In this document: piece by piece, positions 17,876 through 27,404 of the stretch | Position numbering within the stretch: position 1 is the first letter of the stretch | Layout of the letters: each line of letters starts with the position of its first letter | DNA from: Solirubrobacteraceae bacterium | GTDB taxonomy: Bacteria; Actinomycetota; Thermoleophilia; Solirubrobacterales; Solirubrobacteraceae | Direction of reading: 5' to 3' | Assembly: GCA_035314465.1 (NCBI GenBank) | Contig: DATFZM010000010.1 | Span: 16,181 to 80,180 of the forward strand | DNA: 64,000 bases | Program-made: the position numbers and the translations under genes | The notes under the pieces: model-generated | The model's database searches: none | What the model saw: the letters and a program-made list of their open reading frames with translations, nothing else | Told to the model about the DNA's origin: nothing

Positions 17876-18796
17876 ATGAAGCGCGCAGCCGGCGCAGTCG
17901 GGTCGCGCTTCGACTACGTGACCGTCGGTCACGTAACGATCGACGTGCTCGCGGACGGAACGCGGCGGCCCGGGGGCTCCGCCTTCTACAGCGCTGTGCA
18001 GGCCGCGCGGCTGGGAGCGCGCACGGCGATCCTCACACGCGGCGTGCCCGCGGAGATAGAGGCCGCGCTCGAGCCCTACCTCGGCGAGTTCGAGCTCCTG
18101 GTCGAGCCGGCCCACCGCACGACCAGGCTCGCCACGACCTGGGCCGGCCCCATCCGCAACCAGCGCGTGCTCGCGTGGGCCGGGCAGGTCTCGGCGGTCG
18201 AGGTCGACGCCGCGCTGCTGCACCTCGCGCCGGTCGCACAGGAGATCGCCGCGGAGTGGCGCGAGGCGTCGGCCGACTTCATCGGGCTCACGCCACAGGG
18301 CCTCGCGCGGGCGTGGGGCGGCGAGGGCGGCCAGATGAGGCTCGCGCCTGCGGAGGAGGACGCGCGCGAGCTCGCCTTGCGCTGCGACGCGCTCGTCCTG
18401 AGCGAGGATGAGCTCGCGAGCTGTGCGGCGCTGTTCGATGCGGCGGTCGGCACGGGCGCGAGCGTCGCGATCACGGCCGGAGCGAGCCCCACGAAGCTGT
18501 TCGCCCACGGGCTGGCCGTCGAGCTCGACGTGCTCGACATCGGCGAGGCGATCGACGATCTCGGCGCCGGCGACGTCTTCGCCGCCGCGTTCTTCATCGC
18601 GCTCGCCGAAGGCCAGGGGCCGGCGAGCGCGGCCGCGTTCGCGCATGCCGCGGCGGCGCTGCGCGTGAGCGGCCGGGGCGCGCAGGCGATAGCCGCTCGC
18701 GCCGCGATCGACGAGCGCGCCCGCGTCGACTCGCGCGAGGCCGAGTCGCGGCGCGCCGAGCGGGGCCGCACCGGGCGGGGCCGCGCCGACCCGTAG
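17876..18796 (+). CDS. PfkB family carbohydrate kinase
   Basis: 'VGHVTID', 'PGGSAFY', 'DDLGAGDVFAAAF'. Confidence 0.85.
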   Translation: MKRAAGAVGSRFDYVTVGHVTIDVLADGTRRPGGSAFYSAVQAARLGARTAILTRGVPAEIEAALEPYLGEFELLVEPAHRTTRLATTWAGPIRNQRVLAWAGQVSAVEVDAALLHLAPVAQEIAAEWREASADFIGLTPQGLARAWGGEGGQMRLAPAEEDARELALRCDALVLSEDELASCAALFDAAVGTGASVAITAGASPTKLFAHGLAVELDVLDIGEAIDDLGAGDVFAAAFFIALAEGQGPASAAAFAHAAAALRVSGRGAQAIAARAAIDERARVDSREAESRRAERGRTGRGRADP

Positions 18797-18801
18797 GGCT
18801 C

Positions 18802-19824
18802 CTAGCCGCCGAGCGCTGCCAGGCGCGCGGCGAGTTCGAATGGCGCCAGGTCCGCGATCAACCCGCAGGCCCGCGCGGCCAGCAGCAGCGTGCCGCCGAC
18901 CGGTGCCATTTCGACCCTTCCCACGATCGCTTCGGGAGCCTTCTCGCGCACCAGCGCCGTCAGCGGCTCGACGAACCGGGGCCCGGCCCTGAACCCGCTC
19001 CCGATCAGGCCAAGCGGAAAGGCCCCCTCCAGGCGCGTGTGCTCGATCACCGCCGTTATCTGGCTCGCGAGCTCGCGCGCACCGATCAGGTAGAGCTCGC
19101 CGGCCACCTCGTCTCCTGCCTCGGCCAAGCGAGAGACCTCCGGCGCGAACGCCGCGATCTCGGCCTTGCTCAGCGGCTTCGAGTAGACGTAGCTGGCCAG
19201 CGCCTCCACGCTCGGCATCCCGAAGAACTCCGTCACCGTCTCGCTCAGCGTCGTCTCCGGACCGGAACCCTCGCGGTCGCGCAGCGCCGCCTTGATCGAC
19301 TGCACGCCGAGCCAGTAGCCCGAGCCCTCATCGCCGAGCACATGCCCCCAGCCTCCGGCGCGCCAGGCGTTGCCGTCACGGCCGACGCCGAACACGTTGG
19401 ACCCCGTGCCGGAGATCGCCGCGACTCCGGGTCCGGCACCGGTCGCGGTCGCCCACGCACCGACGACGTCATTGACGACGAGCCACGCATCTGTCCGCGC
19501 CGCGCGAACGTGCGCGGCCACGGACTCGGTGTCGGTGCCGGCGATTGCGAGAACCGCCGCGCCGAGGCGCTCGGAGCTGATGCCGGCGGCCGCCATCGCT
19601 TCGTCGGCGGCGGCGAGCAGCGCCCCTACGGCGGCCTCCGCGCCCACCGTATCCTCGTTGCTCGGGCCCCCGTGGCCGAGGTGGATCCCAAGGTCCTCCA
19701 GGTCGATCACAGCCGCGAGGGTCTTCGTGGCACCCCCGTCGACGCCGAGGAGGTAGCGCGCCTCGGTCCTCGGTTGGGAGCGGGCCAGCGCCGCGGGGAG
19801 CTCGAGCAGGCTGGTCCGCTTCAC
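18802..19824 (-). CDS. BadF/BadG/BcrA/BcrD ATPase family (GlcNAc/MurNAc kinase-like)
   Basis: 'LGVDGGATKT', 'VVND', 'ISGTGS', 'GGWGHVLGDEGSGYWLG'. Confidence 0.88.
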   Translation of the reverse strand: MKRTSLLELPAALARSQPRTEARYLLGVDGGATKTLAAVIDLEDLGIHLGHGGPSNEDTVGAEAAVGALLAAADEAMAAAGISSERLGAAVLAIAGTDTESVAAHVRAARTDAWLVVNDVVGAWATATGAGPGVAAISGTGSNVFGVGRDGNAWRAGGWGHVLGDEGSGYWLGVQSIKAALRDREGSGPETTLSETVTEFFGMPSVEALASYVYSKPLSKAEIAAFAPEVSRLAEAGDEVAGELYLIGARELASQITAVIEHTRLEGAFPLGLIGSGFRAGPRFVEPLTALVREKAPEAIVGRVEMAPVGGTLLLAARACGLIADLAPFELAARLAALGG

Positions 19825-19871
19825 GCGATGGATCCTCTCAGGAAGCGCGGCGGCGGGTTACGATCGCGCCG

Positions 19872-20846
19872 ATGGAGACCTCCGCCGTATTCCCCTCCGC
19901 GCCCGCGCGGAGGGGCCTCTACGAGTCCTTCTACCTGCGCGCCTCCTCGCCCGCGCAGCCGCTCGGCGTCTGGATCCGCTACACCGTCCACAAGCGAGAT
20001 GGCGCGGCGCCGCGCGGCTCGCTCTGGTGCACGCTCTTCGATGCGCGCCGGCCGCGCCCCTTCCAGCACAAGCACACTACCGCGCGCCTGAGCGTGCCCG
20101 ATGGCGGCTGGATCGCGATCGACCAGGCCGTCCTCGGCCCCGGCGGCGCCGATGGCGCCTGCGGCCCGGCCAGCTGGTCGCTGCGCTTCACGCGCCAGCA
20201 GGGCGAGCTGCGCCACCTGCGCCCGGACTGGCTCTACCGCGCTCCGCTGCCTCGCACGAAGCTAACGAGCCCTGCCCCGCTCGCGCGGGTGAGCGGCAGC
20301 TTCCAGCTCGCCGGCGAGGGCGCGATCGAGCTCGACCAATGGCCGGGCATGATCGGCCACAACTGGGGCAGCGAGCACGCCGAGCGCTGGATCTGGCTGC
20401 ACGGCGCGGGCTTCGCCGAGGCTCCCGAGGCATGGCTCGACGTCGGCCTGGGGCGCATCAGGATCGCCGGGCGCATGAGCCCGTGGGTCGCCAACGGAGC
20501 GCTCGCCCTCGACGGCCGCCGCCACCGCCTCGGCGGGCCGGGCGCGCGCGGCCTGCACGTCGCCGAGCGTCCCGGGGGCGCGAGCATTCACCTGCCCGGC
20601 GCACGAGGCGTCGCGCTCGCGGCCGAGATCGGGGCTCCGTCGGCGCTGACCGCGGGCTGGCGCTATGCCGATCCCGACGGCGGCGAGCACGACGTCCTCA
20701 ACTGCTCGCTCGCGGCAGTCGATCTGACGCTCTCGCTCCCCGGCTCAGCGCCGCGTCGCCTCACGAGCGATCACGGCGGCGCGTACGAGCTCGGCATGCG
20801 CGAGCGCGACCACGGCGTGCCGATCGCGCCGTTCGGCGACGGCTGA
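19872..20846 (+). CDS. Hypothetical protein, tocopherol-cyclase/AttH-like beta fold
   Basis: 'YESFYL..WIRYTV', 'GMIGHNWGSEHAERWIWLH'. Fold assignment is inference. Confidence 0.55.
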   Translation: METSAVFPSAPARRGLYESFYLRASSPAQPLGVWIRYTVHKRDGAAPRGSLWCTLFDARRPRPFQHKHTTARLSVPDGGWIAIDQAVLGPGGADGACGPASWSLRFTRQQGELRHLRPDWLYRAPLPRTKLTSPAPLARVSGSFQLAGEGAIELDQWPGMIGHNWGSEHAERWIWLHGAGFAEAPEAWLDVGLGRIRIAGRMSPWVANGALALDGRRHRLGGPGARGLHVAERPGGASIHLPGARGVALAAEIGAPSALTAGWRYADPDGGEHDVLNCSLAAVDLTLSLPGSAPRRLTSDHGGAYELGMRERDHGVPIAPFGDG

Positions 20847-20899
20847 AGGACCCGCCGGCGTAGCGGCTCGCGCTCGCACACCCCACGCGCGGTGCGCGC

Positions 20900-20945
20900 A
20901 AAAAGAAAGGGCGGAGGGGATCGCCTCTTGCGATCCCCTCCGCCC
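20900..20945 (-). terminator. Rho-independent terminator of the 20967-21734 gene
   Basis: Perfect 16-bp stem (20909-20924 / 20930-20945), 5-nt loop, followed on the minus strand by TTTCTTTTT. Confidence 0.85.
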
Positions 20946-20966
20946 CGTGCCGCTAGACCAGGAGGA

Positions 20967-21734
20967 CTAGTGGAATTCGATGTTGCCGTTGACCACTTCG
21001 GTCAGCAGTTCGCCCGTGATGGTACCGGTGCCTTGTTCTTTGGGTTCGTCTTCATTGCACTGGGTTTCTTCCCCGAACCTGAATTTGACGCCCTTCAGGT
21101 CCAACGTGATCAGAACCTTGTGCTGGAGGTAGCCGGGGAACATTTTCAGCTTCTGCGGCGTTTCTTCGACCGGGAACGCTTCGTTCGAGTACACAGCCGC
21201 CGAGTATTCGCTGCCCGGTTTTTTGATCGCCGCCACAGGGATGACCTGCGTCGGCACGATCACCTTGCAGAATTTGCCCGCGGGGATGCTGAACGTCGCG
21301 GCCGTTTCGAGGAGTTCGAGTTTCGTGCCGTATTCGAGTTCTTCGCCTTCCCCGTTGCCTTCGGTTTCAACCGCACCGTTGACTTTGAACTTCATCCCGA
21401 TGCCGCCCCTGATCACGGCCGGAATGTGCTCTTCGGTGCTGAACGGGTAGAAGCCGCATTTGGTCAAGGCGAGGTGCAGACCGAGTTCGGTCGCAGTACC
21501 GCTCGTGAGTGGGCCTTTACCGATCCCTTTTAGGCACTTCAGTTTGTATTTACTGAAGACGAATTTGAACTGGGTTTCTTCGGGGTTTTTCGCGTTAAGC
21601 GTGAACGGTGTGGCTTCCGAGGCTTCGGATTTGTACTTGAACGTCGTGAATTCATGGGCGAGCGCGGGTGCGGTCAAAGTGCCGAACAGGCAGACCGCCG
21701 CAGCAAGCCCAAGGGCCGCCTTTACGTGTCTCAT
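20967..21734 (-). CDS. Secreted beta-rich hypothetical protein
   Basis: GGAGG SD; signal peptide 'MRHVKAALGLAAAVCLFGTLTAPALA-HEF'; four Cys in the mature chain; K/E/T rich. Confidence 0.8.
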   Translation of the reverse strand: MRHVKAALGLAAAVCLFGTLTAPALAHEFTTFKYKSEASEATPFTLNAKNPEETQFKFVFSKYKLKCLKGIGKGPLTSGTATELGLHLALTKCGFYPFSTEEHIPAVIRGGIGMKFKVNGAVETEGNGEGEELEYGTKLELLETAATFSIPAGKFCKVIVPTQVIPVAAIKKPGSEYSAAVYSNEAFPVEETPQKLKMFPGYLQHKVLITLDLKGVKFRFGEETQCNEDEPKEQGTGTITGELLTEVVNGNIEFH

Positions 21735-22058
21735 GTCCTCCTGGGTCCTCTCTATCGCCTTGATGAAGGTTCGTCGACCTGCCAACCTTCGCCCGACCCG
21801 ACCGCAGGCCATCCTCGGGGTCGCACGTCGGCGTGGGGAGCATACCATGGATGCCAAGCAGAATCACGGCCACAAATGGAATTCACATATGCGTAGAAAC
21901 GACGTATCTCGGGGATTTGTACTGAGCGCTTACGCCGCCGCAGGCGTCGCCCGGCGCGGGTACGTCGAGTCCTGCGCATCCGGCACGCCCGCGTCCTGCG
22001 CGCCCGCCGGGTCGGGCGCGCTCGCTGCGTCGGCGCGCGCGGCCACTCGCGGCGTGCG

Positions 22059-22745
22059 ATGACGCGGGGCCTTTCGAGAGGCAGGCTGCTCGCCGCGGGG
22101 CTGGCGATCGTGCTCGTGCTCGCCGGCGTGCTGATCGCCGTGCTCGGGAGCGGCCCCGGCAAGCTCTCCCTTGCTGGGGGCGCGGGCGCGGGCTCAGCGC
22201 GCAACGAGATCCCGGTCGCGGCCGGTTACCTCGACATGCCTGCGAGCGAGGTGCGCCGCGAATTGCGCGCCGGGCGCTCGCTCGCGGAAATCGCCAGCTC
22301 GAACGGGCGTTCGGCGTCGGGGCTGATCGAGAGGCTGCTCGCCCGGCTGGCGGCGACCCTGAACGCTGAGGCGCCCTCAGCCACAGCGGCCGAGCGGCGC
22401 GCACGGCTCGCGCAGATGCGCGCTCGCGTGAGCGCGATCGTCAACCGGCACGGGGCGCCCGTGGTGATCAGCAGGGCGAACCTCCTCACCGCCGCCGCAT
22501 ACCTGGACCTCAGGCCGGGCGCTCTCCATCGCGAGCTCGCGAGCGGGCGCACGCTCGCGCAGATCGCGAACGCGACGCCCGGCCGCTCCTCGGCCGCGAT
22601 GGTCGCTGCGCTCGTCGCGGCCAGGGCCGCCGCGCTGCGCGCCGCTGCGGCTTCCGGGCGCCTCAGCTCCTCGCGCGAGGCACGTCTGCTCGCCACGCTG
22701 CAACGCCGCATCGCGGCGCTCGTCAACCGCGTCCCGCTCGGCTGA
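22059..22745 (+). CDS. Membrane-anchored hypothetical protein with two internal repeats
   Basis: N-terminal TM; 'AAGYLDM..ELRAGRSLAEIA' and 'AAAYLDL..ELASGRTLAQIA'. Confidence 0.7.
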   Translation: MTRGLSRGRLLAAGLAIVLVLAGVLIAVLGSGPGKLSLAGGAGAGSARNEIPVAAGYLDMPASEVRRELRAGRSLAEIASSNGRSASGLIERLLARLAATLNAEAPSATAAERRARLAQMRARVSAIVNRHGAPVVISRANLLTAAAYLDLRPGALHRELASGRTLAQIANATPGRSSAAMVAALVAARAAALRAAAASGRLSSSREARLLATLQRRIAALVNRVPLG

Positions 22746-23056
22746 GCGCGGCACAACCGCCCTGCGTTCAAGCGCTCGGAGATCCGTCCCTGCCGCAGCG
22801 CCTGCGCCTCGTGTAGAGGCGGTTGCACGCCAATATCTACGTTGTGAGCCCCTCGCTCGAGAGCCTGCGCGAAAACAGGACCGCGCCTGCCGCGGTCGGC
22901 CCTTGCGCCGCTCGGGCCGATCGGGGTCGGCCGCGATCGCGCCGTCGCGATCGAGCATCCCGACGCCGAGGACCGTGCGGCGGCGGCGCTTGACAGCGGC
23001 GCGGCGTCCCTGCTGGCCTGAGCGCCGATAAGCGCGGCGGGTATCATCGCCCCCCC

Positions 23057-23947
23057 GTGCGCATCGTCGCGATGATCCAGACTTACAACGAGCAGCGCTT
23101 CATCGCCGGCTGCATCGAGCACCTCCACGGTCAGGGCGTGGAGGTGTACCTGATCGACAACGAATCGACCGACGACACGCGCGCGATCGCCGAGCGCTAC
23201 GTCGGCCGTGGCGTGATCGGCATCGAGACCCTCTCGCGAGCCGACTGCTTCGAGCTGGAGGCTCAGTGCGCGCGCCAGGAGGAGCTCGCGCTGACGCTCG
23301 ACGCGGACTGGTTCATCCACCACGACGCTGACGAGATCCGCGTCTCCCCCAAGCGCGGCCAGACCCTCGCCGAGGCGATCGCCGAGTACGACGCGGCGGG
23401 CTATAACGCGATCAACTTCCTCGAGTTCACGTTCGTGCCGACCCGGGAGTCGCCCGACCACGACCATCCCGACTTCCAGAAGACGATGCTCCACTACTAC
23501 CCGCTGCTGCCGGTCTTCCCTCACCGCCTGAACGCCTGGAAGCGTCAGGACGTGCGCGTGAAGCTCGGCCCCGCGGGCCACAAGGTCGAATTCCCCGGCT
23601 TGAAGATGGCGCCCGACTCGCTCTACATGCGCCACTACCAGTTCCTCAGCGCCGAGCACGCCCACGAAAAGTACGTCGCTCGCCGCTTCTCCAGCGCCGA
23701 GGTCGCGGGTGGCTTCCATGGCTGGCGCGCGAGGCTGCAACGCGAGCAGATAGCGCTGCCCAGCGAGAAAGACCTGCGCCGCTACGAAGGCGACCATCTG
23801 CTGGACCCGTCCAATCCCCGTACACGCGAGCTGCTCGGGGATTCCGTCACGGCGCCGCGGCCGTCCGAGCCCAGCGTATGGCGGCGACTGAAGCGCTCGG
23901 CGACTGAGCGCGCGCGCAGCTACCGCGCCAAGAGCGCGGGCCAGTAG
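23057..23947 (+). CDS. Glycosyltransferase family 2 protein
   Basis: 'TYNEQRFI', 'IDNESTDDT', 'DWFIHHDADE'. Confidence 0.85.
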   Translation: MRIVAMIQTYNEQRFIAGCIEHLHGQGVEVYLIDNESTDDTRAIAERYVGRGVIGIETLSRADCFELEAQCARQEELALTLDADWFIHHDADEIRVSPKRGQTLAEAIAEYDAAGYNAINFLEFTFVPTRESPDHDHPDFQKTMLHYYPLLPVFPHRLNAWKRQDVRVKLGPAGHKVEFPGLKMAPDSLYMRHYQFLSAEHAHEKYVARRFSSAEVAGGFHGWRARLQREQIALPSEKDLRRYEGDHLLDPSNPRTRELLGDSVTAPRPSEPSVWRRLKRSATERARSYRAKSAGQ

Positions 23948-24080
23948 CCGCCGGGCAGCCCAGCTAGCGCAGGGTTCCCCGACCCTACGTGTGCCTTCTC
24001 ACACCCGCAGAGCGCGGATTCGGCCAATCTGCAAACGTCTCCCGATAAGCAGGGGATCGACGAGCTCAAAGGGGGTTCGC

Positions 24081-25148
24081 ATGGGCACGACGGGTATCGA
24101 CCAAGCACGGCTTGAAGCTTTCATGGGCCAGGCCGTAACGGACATGGGCGCGATCATCAGCGCGCCGCTGATGATCATCGGAGAGAAGCTCGGCCTGTAC
24201 AAGGCGATGGCGGGTGCCGGGCCGCTCAGCTCGGCCGAGGTAGCCGAGCGCTCCGGCGCGGACGAGCGCTACGTCCGTGAGTGGCTGGGAAACCAGGCGG
24301 CTGGGGGCTATGTCATCTACGACCCGGAGAGCGAGCGCTACACGCTGCCGGACGAGCACGCGCTCGCCCTCGCGGACGAAGACAGCCCGTTCTACATCCT
24401 GGGTGTGTATGAGTCGATCGCCTCGCTCTACGCGGACGAGGACAAGATCATCGACGCGTTCCGCAGCGGCGAGGGGATGGGCTGGCACGAGCACGACCAT
24501 CGACTGTTTCGCGGAACCGAGCGGTTCTTCAGGCCCGGCTACCGCGCGCATCTGGTCGGCGAGTGGATCCCCGCGCTCGACGGAGTGCAAGAGAAGCTTG
24601 AACGCGGGGCGAAGGTTGCCGACGTGGGCTGCGGCCACGGCGCGTCGACGATCATCATGGCCGAGGCGTTTCCGAACTCCGAATTCTTCGGTTTCGACTA
24701 TCACGCTCCCTCGATCGAACGCGCGCACAAGGCGGCGAAGGACGCGGGCGTCGACGACCGGATCACGTTCGCGACAGACGCGGCGAAGGAATATCCCGGC
24801 CACGGCTACGACCTCGTCTGCGTCTTCGACTGCCTGCACGACATGGGCGACCCCGTGGGCGCCTCGCGACACGTACTGGAGACACTCGCCCCCGACGGCA
24901 CGTGGATGATCGTCGAGCCGTTCGCCAACGATCGGCTCGAGGACAACCTCAACCCCGTCGGGCGCGTGTTCTACGGCGCCTCCACCGTGATCTGCACGCC
25001 GGCGTCGCTCTCCCAAGAGGTCGGCTTGGCGCTCGGAGCACAGGCGGGCGAGGCACGGCTGAGCGACGTGCTCGAGCAGGGCGGCTTCACCCGTGTGCGC
25101 CGCGCCACTGAGACGCCGTTCAACCTCGTGCTCGAGGCGAGGCCCTAG
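24081..25148 (+). CDS. Winged-HTH + class I SAM-dependent methyltransferase
   Basis: 'ERYVREWL', 'VADVGCGHG', 'FDCLHDMGDP'. Confidence 0.9.
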   Translation: MGTTGIDQARLEAFMGQAVTDMGAIISAPLMIIGEKLGLYKAMAGAGPLSSAEVAERSGADERYVREWLGNQAAGGYVIYDPESERYTLPDEHALALADEDSPFYILGVYESIASLYADEDKIIDAFRSGEGMGWHEHDHRLFRGTERFFRPGYRAHLVGEWIPALDGVQEKLERGAKVADVGCGHGASTIIMAEAFPNSEFFGFDYHAPSIERAHKAAKDAGVDDRITFATDAAKEYPGHGYDLVCVFDCLHDMGDPVGASRHVLETLAPDGTWMIVEPFANDRLEDNLNPVGRVFYGASTVICTPASLSQEVGLALGAQAGEARLSDVLEQGGFTRVRRATETPFNLVLEARP

Positions 25149-25226
25149 GAGCCGCAGCGGCGCGATCTCACGGCGCCAAGGATGGCGCGCGCGGTCGCCT
25201 GCGTCAGCAGGCCCGCCACGGCGAGG

Positions 25227-25835
25227 CTAGCTGGCGCTCTGCTCGGCCTGCCGGTAGTACTCGATCGCGCCGGTCCGTTCGAGGTCCTCGAGCAGGATCG
25301 CCTCGACGTCGAGCGTTATGTCGATGTCATTGCCGACGACCAAACCGCCGTCGGGGAGGCTGTCCTGCCAGGAGACGCCGAAGTCGTGCCGGTTGATCCG
25401 GGCGGTCGCCGTGAAGCCGATCCGCCGCATACCGCCCTTGTTCTCCTCGCCGACCCAGAAGGGCGTGTTCCACTCGCCCAGGTAGGTGATGTCGAGCGGC
25501 ACGGTGCGGGTCACGGCGCGGATCGTGAGCTCGGAGCTGCCCATGAAGGTCGTCGGGCCGGTGCGCTCGGTGAATCGGCCCCCGAACGTGATCTTTGGGT
25601 GTTCCTCGACGTCGAAGAAGTCCGACGTACGAAGGTGCGCGTCGCGTTCGGACTGGCCGGTCCAGATCTCGGTCGCGTCGATCTCGCCCTCGAACGTCGT
25701 CTCCAGGCAGCGATCGAAGTCGAGCTCCAGGGTGCCGTGGATGTCCTTGAAGAAGCCTCGCACCCAGGTGACCATCATGTGGCGGGCGCGAAACTCGGCC
25801 TCGCTGTGCCCGGGCTCAAAGATCCAAGTTGACAC
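25227..25835 (-). CDS. YceI family protein
   Basis: '[52 protein letters not shown]'. Confidence 0.9.
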   Translation of the reverse strand: MSTWIFEPGHSEAEFRARHMMVTWVRGFFKDIHGTLELDFDRCLETTFEGEIDATEIWTGQSERDAHLRTSDFFDVEEHPKITFGGRFTERTGPTTFMGSSELTIRAVTRTVPLDITYLGEWNTPFWVGEENKGGMRRIGFTATARINRHDFGVSWQDSLPDGGLVVGNDIDITLDVEAILLEDLERTGAIEYYRQAEQSAS

Positions 25836-25865
25836 TACGCCGCCCTCATTTCCGGGGGTTTGGAG

Positions 25866-25939
<74 letters not shown>

Positions 25940-25947
25940 AGAGCGAC

Positions 25948-26400
25948 CTAGTCTAGGGCCGGCGCTCGATCCTCGCCGCGCAGCTGACCCCACGCAGTCG
26001 CGATCAGCGAACGAGGACCGCCGCGCTCGCGGAACTCGCACAGGTAGATCCCCTGCCACGTCCCGAGGGCCGTCCTTCCGGCTCTGATCGGCAGCGTCAG
26101 CGTAGGGCCGAGCAGCGCCGCCTTGATGTGCGCGGGCATGTCGTCGGGACCCTCGAGCGTGTGCGCCCACGGCACCCCATGCTCGGGCACGGCGAGATCG
26201 AACCAGGTGCGAAAGTCCCTGCGCACGTCCGGGCTCGCGTTCTCGTTCAGCGTGAGGGCCGCCGAGGTGTGCGCGATCAGCAGATGGAGCAGGCCGACCG
26301 GGATCCCCTCGAGCTCCGGCAGCGCCTCGAGCACCTCGCCCGTCACGAGATGGAAGCCGCGCGGTCTCGCGTCGAGGACGATCTCGCGCTGGAGCCACAT
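25948..26400 (-). CDS. yjbQ: YjbQ/UPF0047 family protein
   Basis: '[19 protein letters not shown]', '[11 protein letters not shown]', '[11 protein letters not shown]'. Confidence 0.92.
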   Translation of the reverse strand: MWLQREIVLDARPRGFHLVTGEVLEALPELEGIPVGLLHLLIAHTSAALTLNENASPDVRRDFRTWFDLAVPEHGVPWAHTLEGPDDMPAHIKAALLGPTLTLPIRAGRTALGTWQGIYLCEFRERGGPRSLIATAWGQLRGEDRAPALD

Positions 26401-26489
26401 GCGGCCAACGCTATAGAGTCGCCGGCGCCGCAACCCACGGCCACCGCAGGCACCGCCCCCCGGCCGCCGCCTCGACCAAGGAGCAAGCG

Positions 26490-27377
26490 ATGAGCGACGT
26501 GTTCCGAACCCCCGACGAGCGCTTCGAGAATCTGCCCGGCTATTCCTACGAGCCGCACTACGTCGAGGTGGACGGGCTGCGCCTGCACCACATCGACGAG
26601 GGGAGCGGCCCTACGGTCCTGTGCTTTCACGGCGAGCCCGACTGGAGCTACCTCTACCGGCGCATGGCGAGGGGCCTGCTCGAGGCGGGCCATCGCGTCG
26701 TCTGCCCAGATCTCGTCGGGTTCGGCCGCTCGGACAAGCCGACCGACCAGGGCTGGTATACCTACGAGCGGCACGTCGAGTATGTCAGCCGACATCTGGA
26801 CCAGCTCGAGCTGGACGACGTCACCGTCGTCGTCCAGGACTGGGGCGGCCCGATCGGCCTTCGCTGGGCCGTCGAGCACGCCGGCCAGGTCGGCCGTCTG
26901 GTCGTGATGAACACGGGGCTGTTCACCGGCAGGGTCAGCAAGGGTTTCATGGCCTGGCGCGAATTCGCCGAACGCACGCCCGACCTGCCGATCGGGATGA
27001 TCATGCAGGGGGCGACGACGACCGAGCTCGCAGCCGACGTGCTCGCGGCATACGAGGCGCCGTTCCCGACACCCGAGAGCAAGGCGGGCGCGCAGCGCTT
27101 CCCGCTGCTCGTGCCGATCACGCCCGGGGACCCGGGCGTGCCGGAGATGCTCGCGGTGCAGGATGAGCTCTCGCGCTGGGAGAAGCCGGCGCTCGTCGCG
27201 TTCTCCGACAGCGACCCCGTGTTCCCCTACCCCCAGGCCGGCGAGACTTTCACGGCGCTCCTGCCCACGGCGGGCGAGCAGGTGCGAATCGAGGGAGCCG
27301 CGCACTTCCTGCAGGAGGATCGGGGCCCGGAGATCGTGGAGGCGATGCTGGCCGCGTTCGGTCAGCCGATCGGCTGA
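26490..27377 (+). CDS. Haloalkane dehalogenase family alpha/beta hydrolase
   Basis: 'HGEPDWSYLYR', 'GFGRSDKP', nucleophile motif 'QDWGG', 'HFLQED'. Confidence 0.88.
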   Translation: MSDVFRTPDERFENLPGYSYEPHYVEVDGLRLHHIDEGSGPTVLCFHGEPDWSYLYRRMARGLLEAGHRVVCPDLVGFGRSDKPTDQGWYTYERHVEYVSRHLDQLELDDVTVVVQDWGGPIGLRWAVEHAGQVGRLVVMNTGLFTGRVSKGFMAWREFAERTPDLPIGMIMQGATTTELAADVLAAYEAPFPTPESKAGAQRFPLLVPITPGDPGVPEMLAVQDELSRWEKPALVAFSDSDPVFPYPQAGETFTALLPTAGEQVRIEGAAHFLQEDRGPEIVEAMLAAFGQPIG

Positions 27378-27404
27378 CCCGCCGCCGGGGCGGCTGCGCG
27401 ACGA

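Noticed and set aside
22755-22832. Structured ncRNA suggested by CAACCGCC...GGCGGTTG
   Set aside because: Only an 8-bp inverted repeat in GC-rich DNA, with no recognisable family features.
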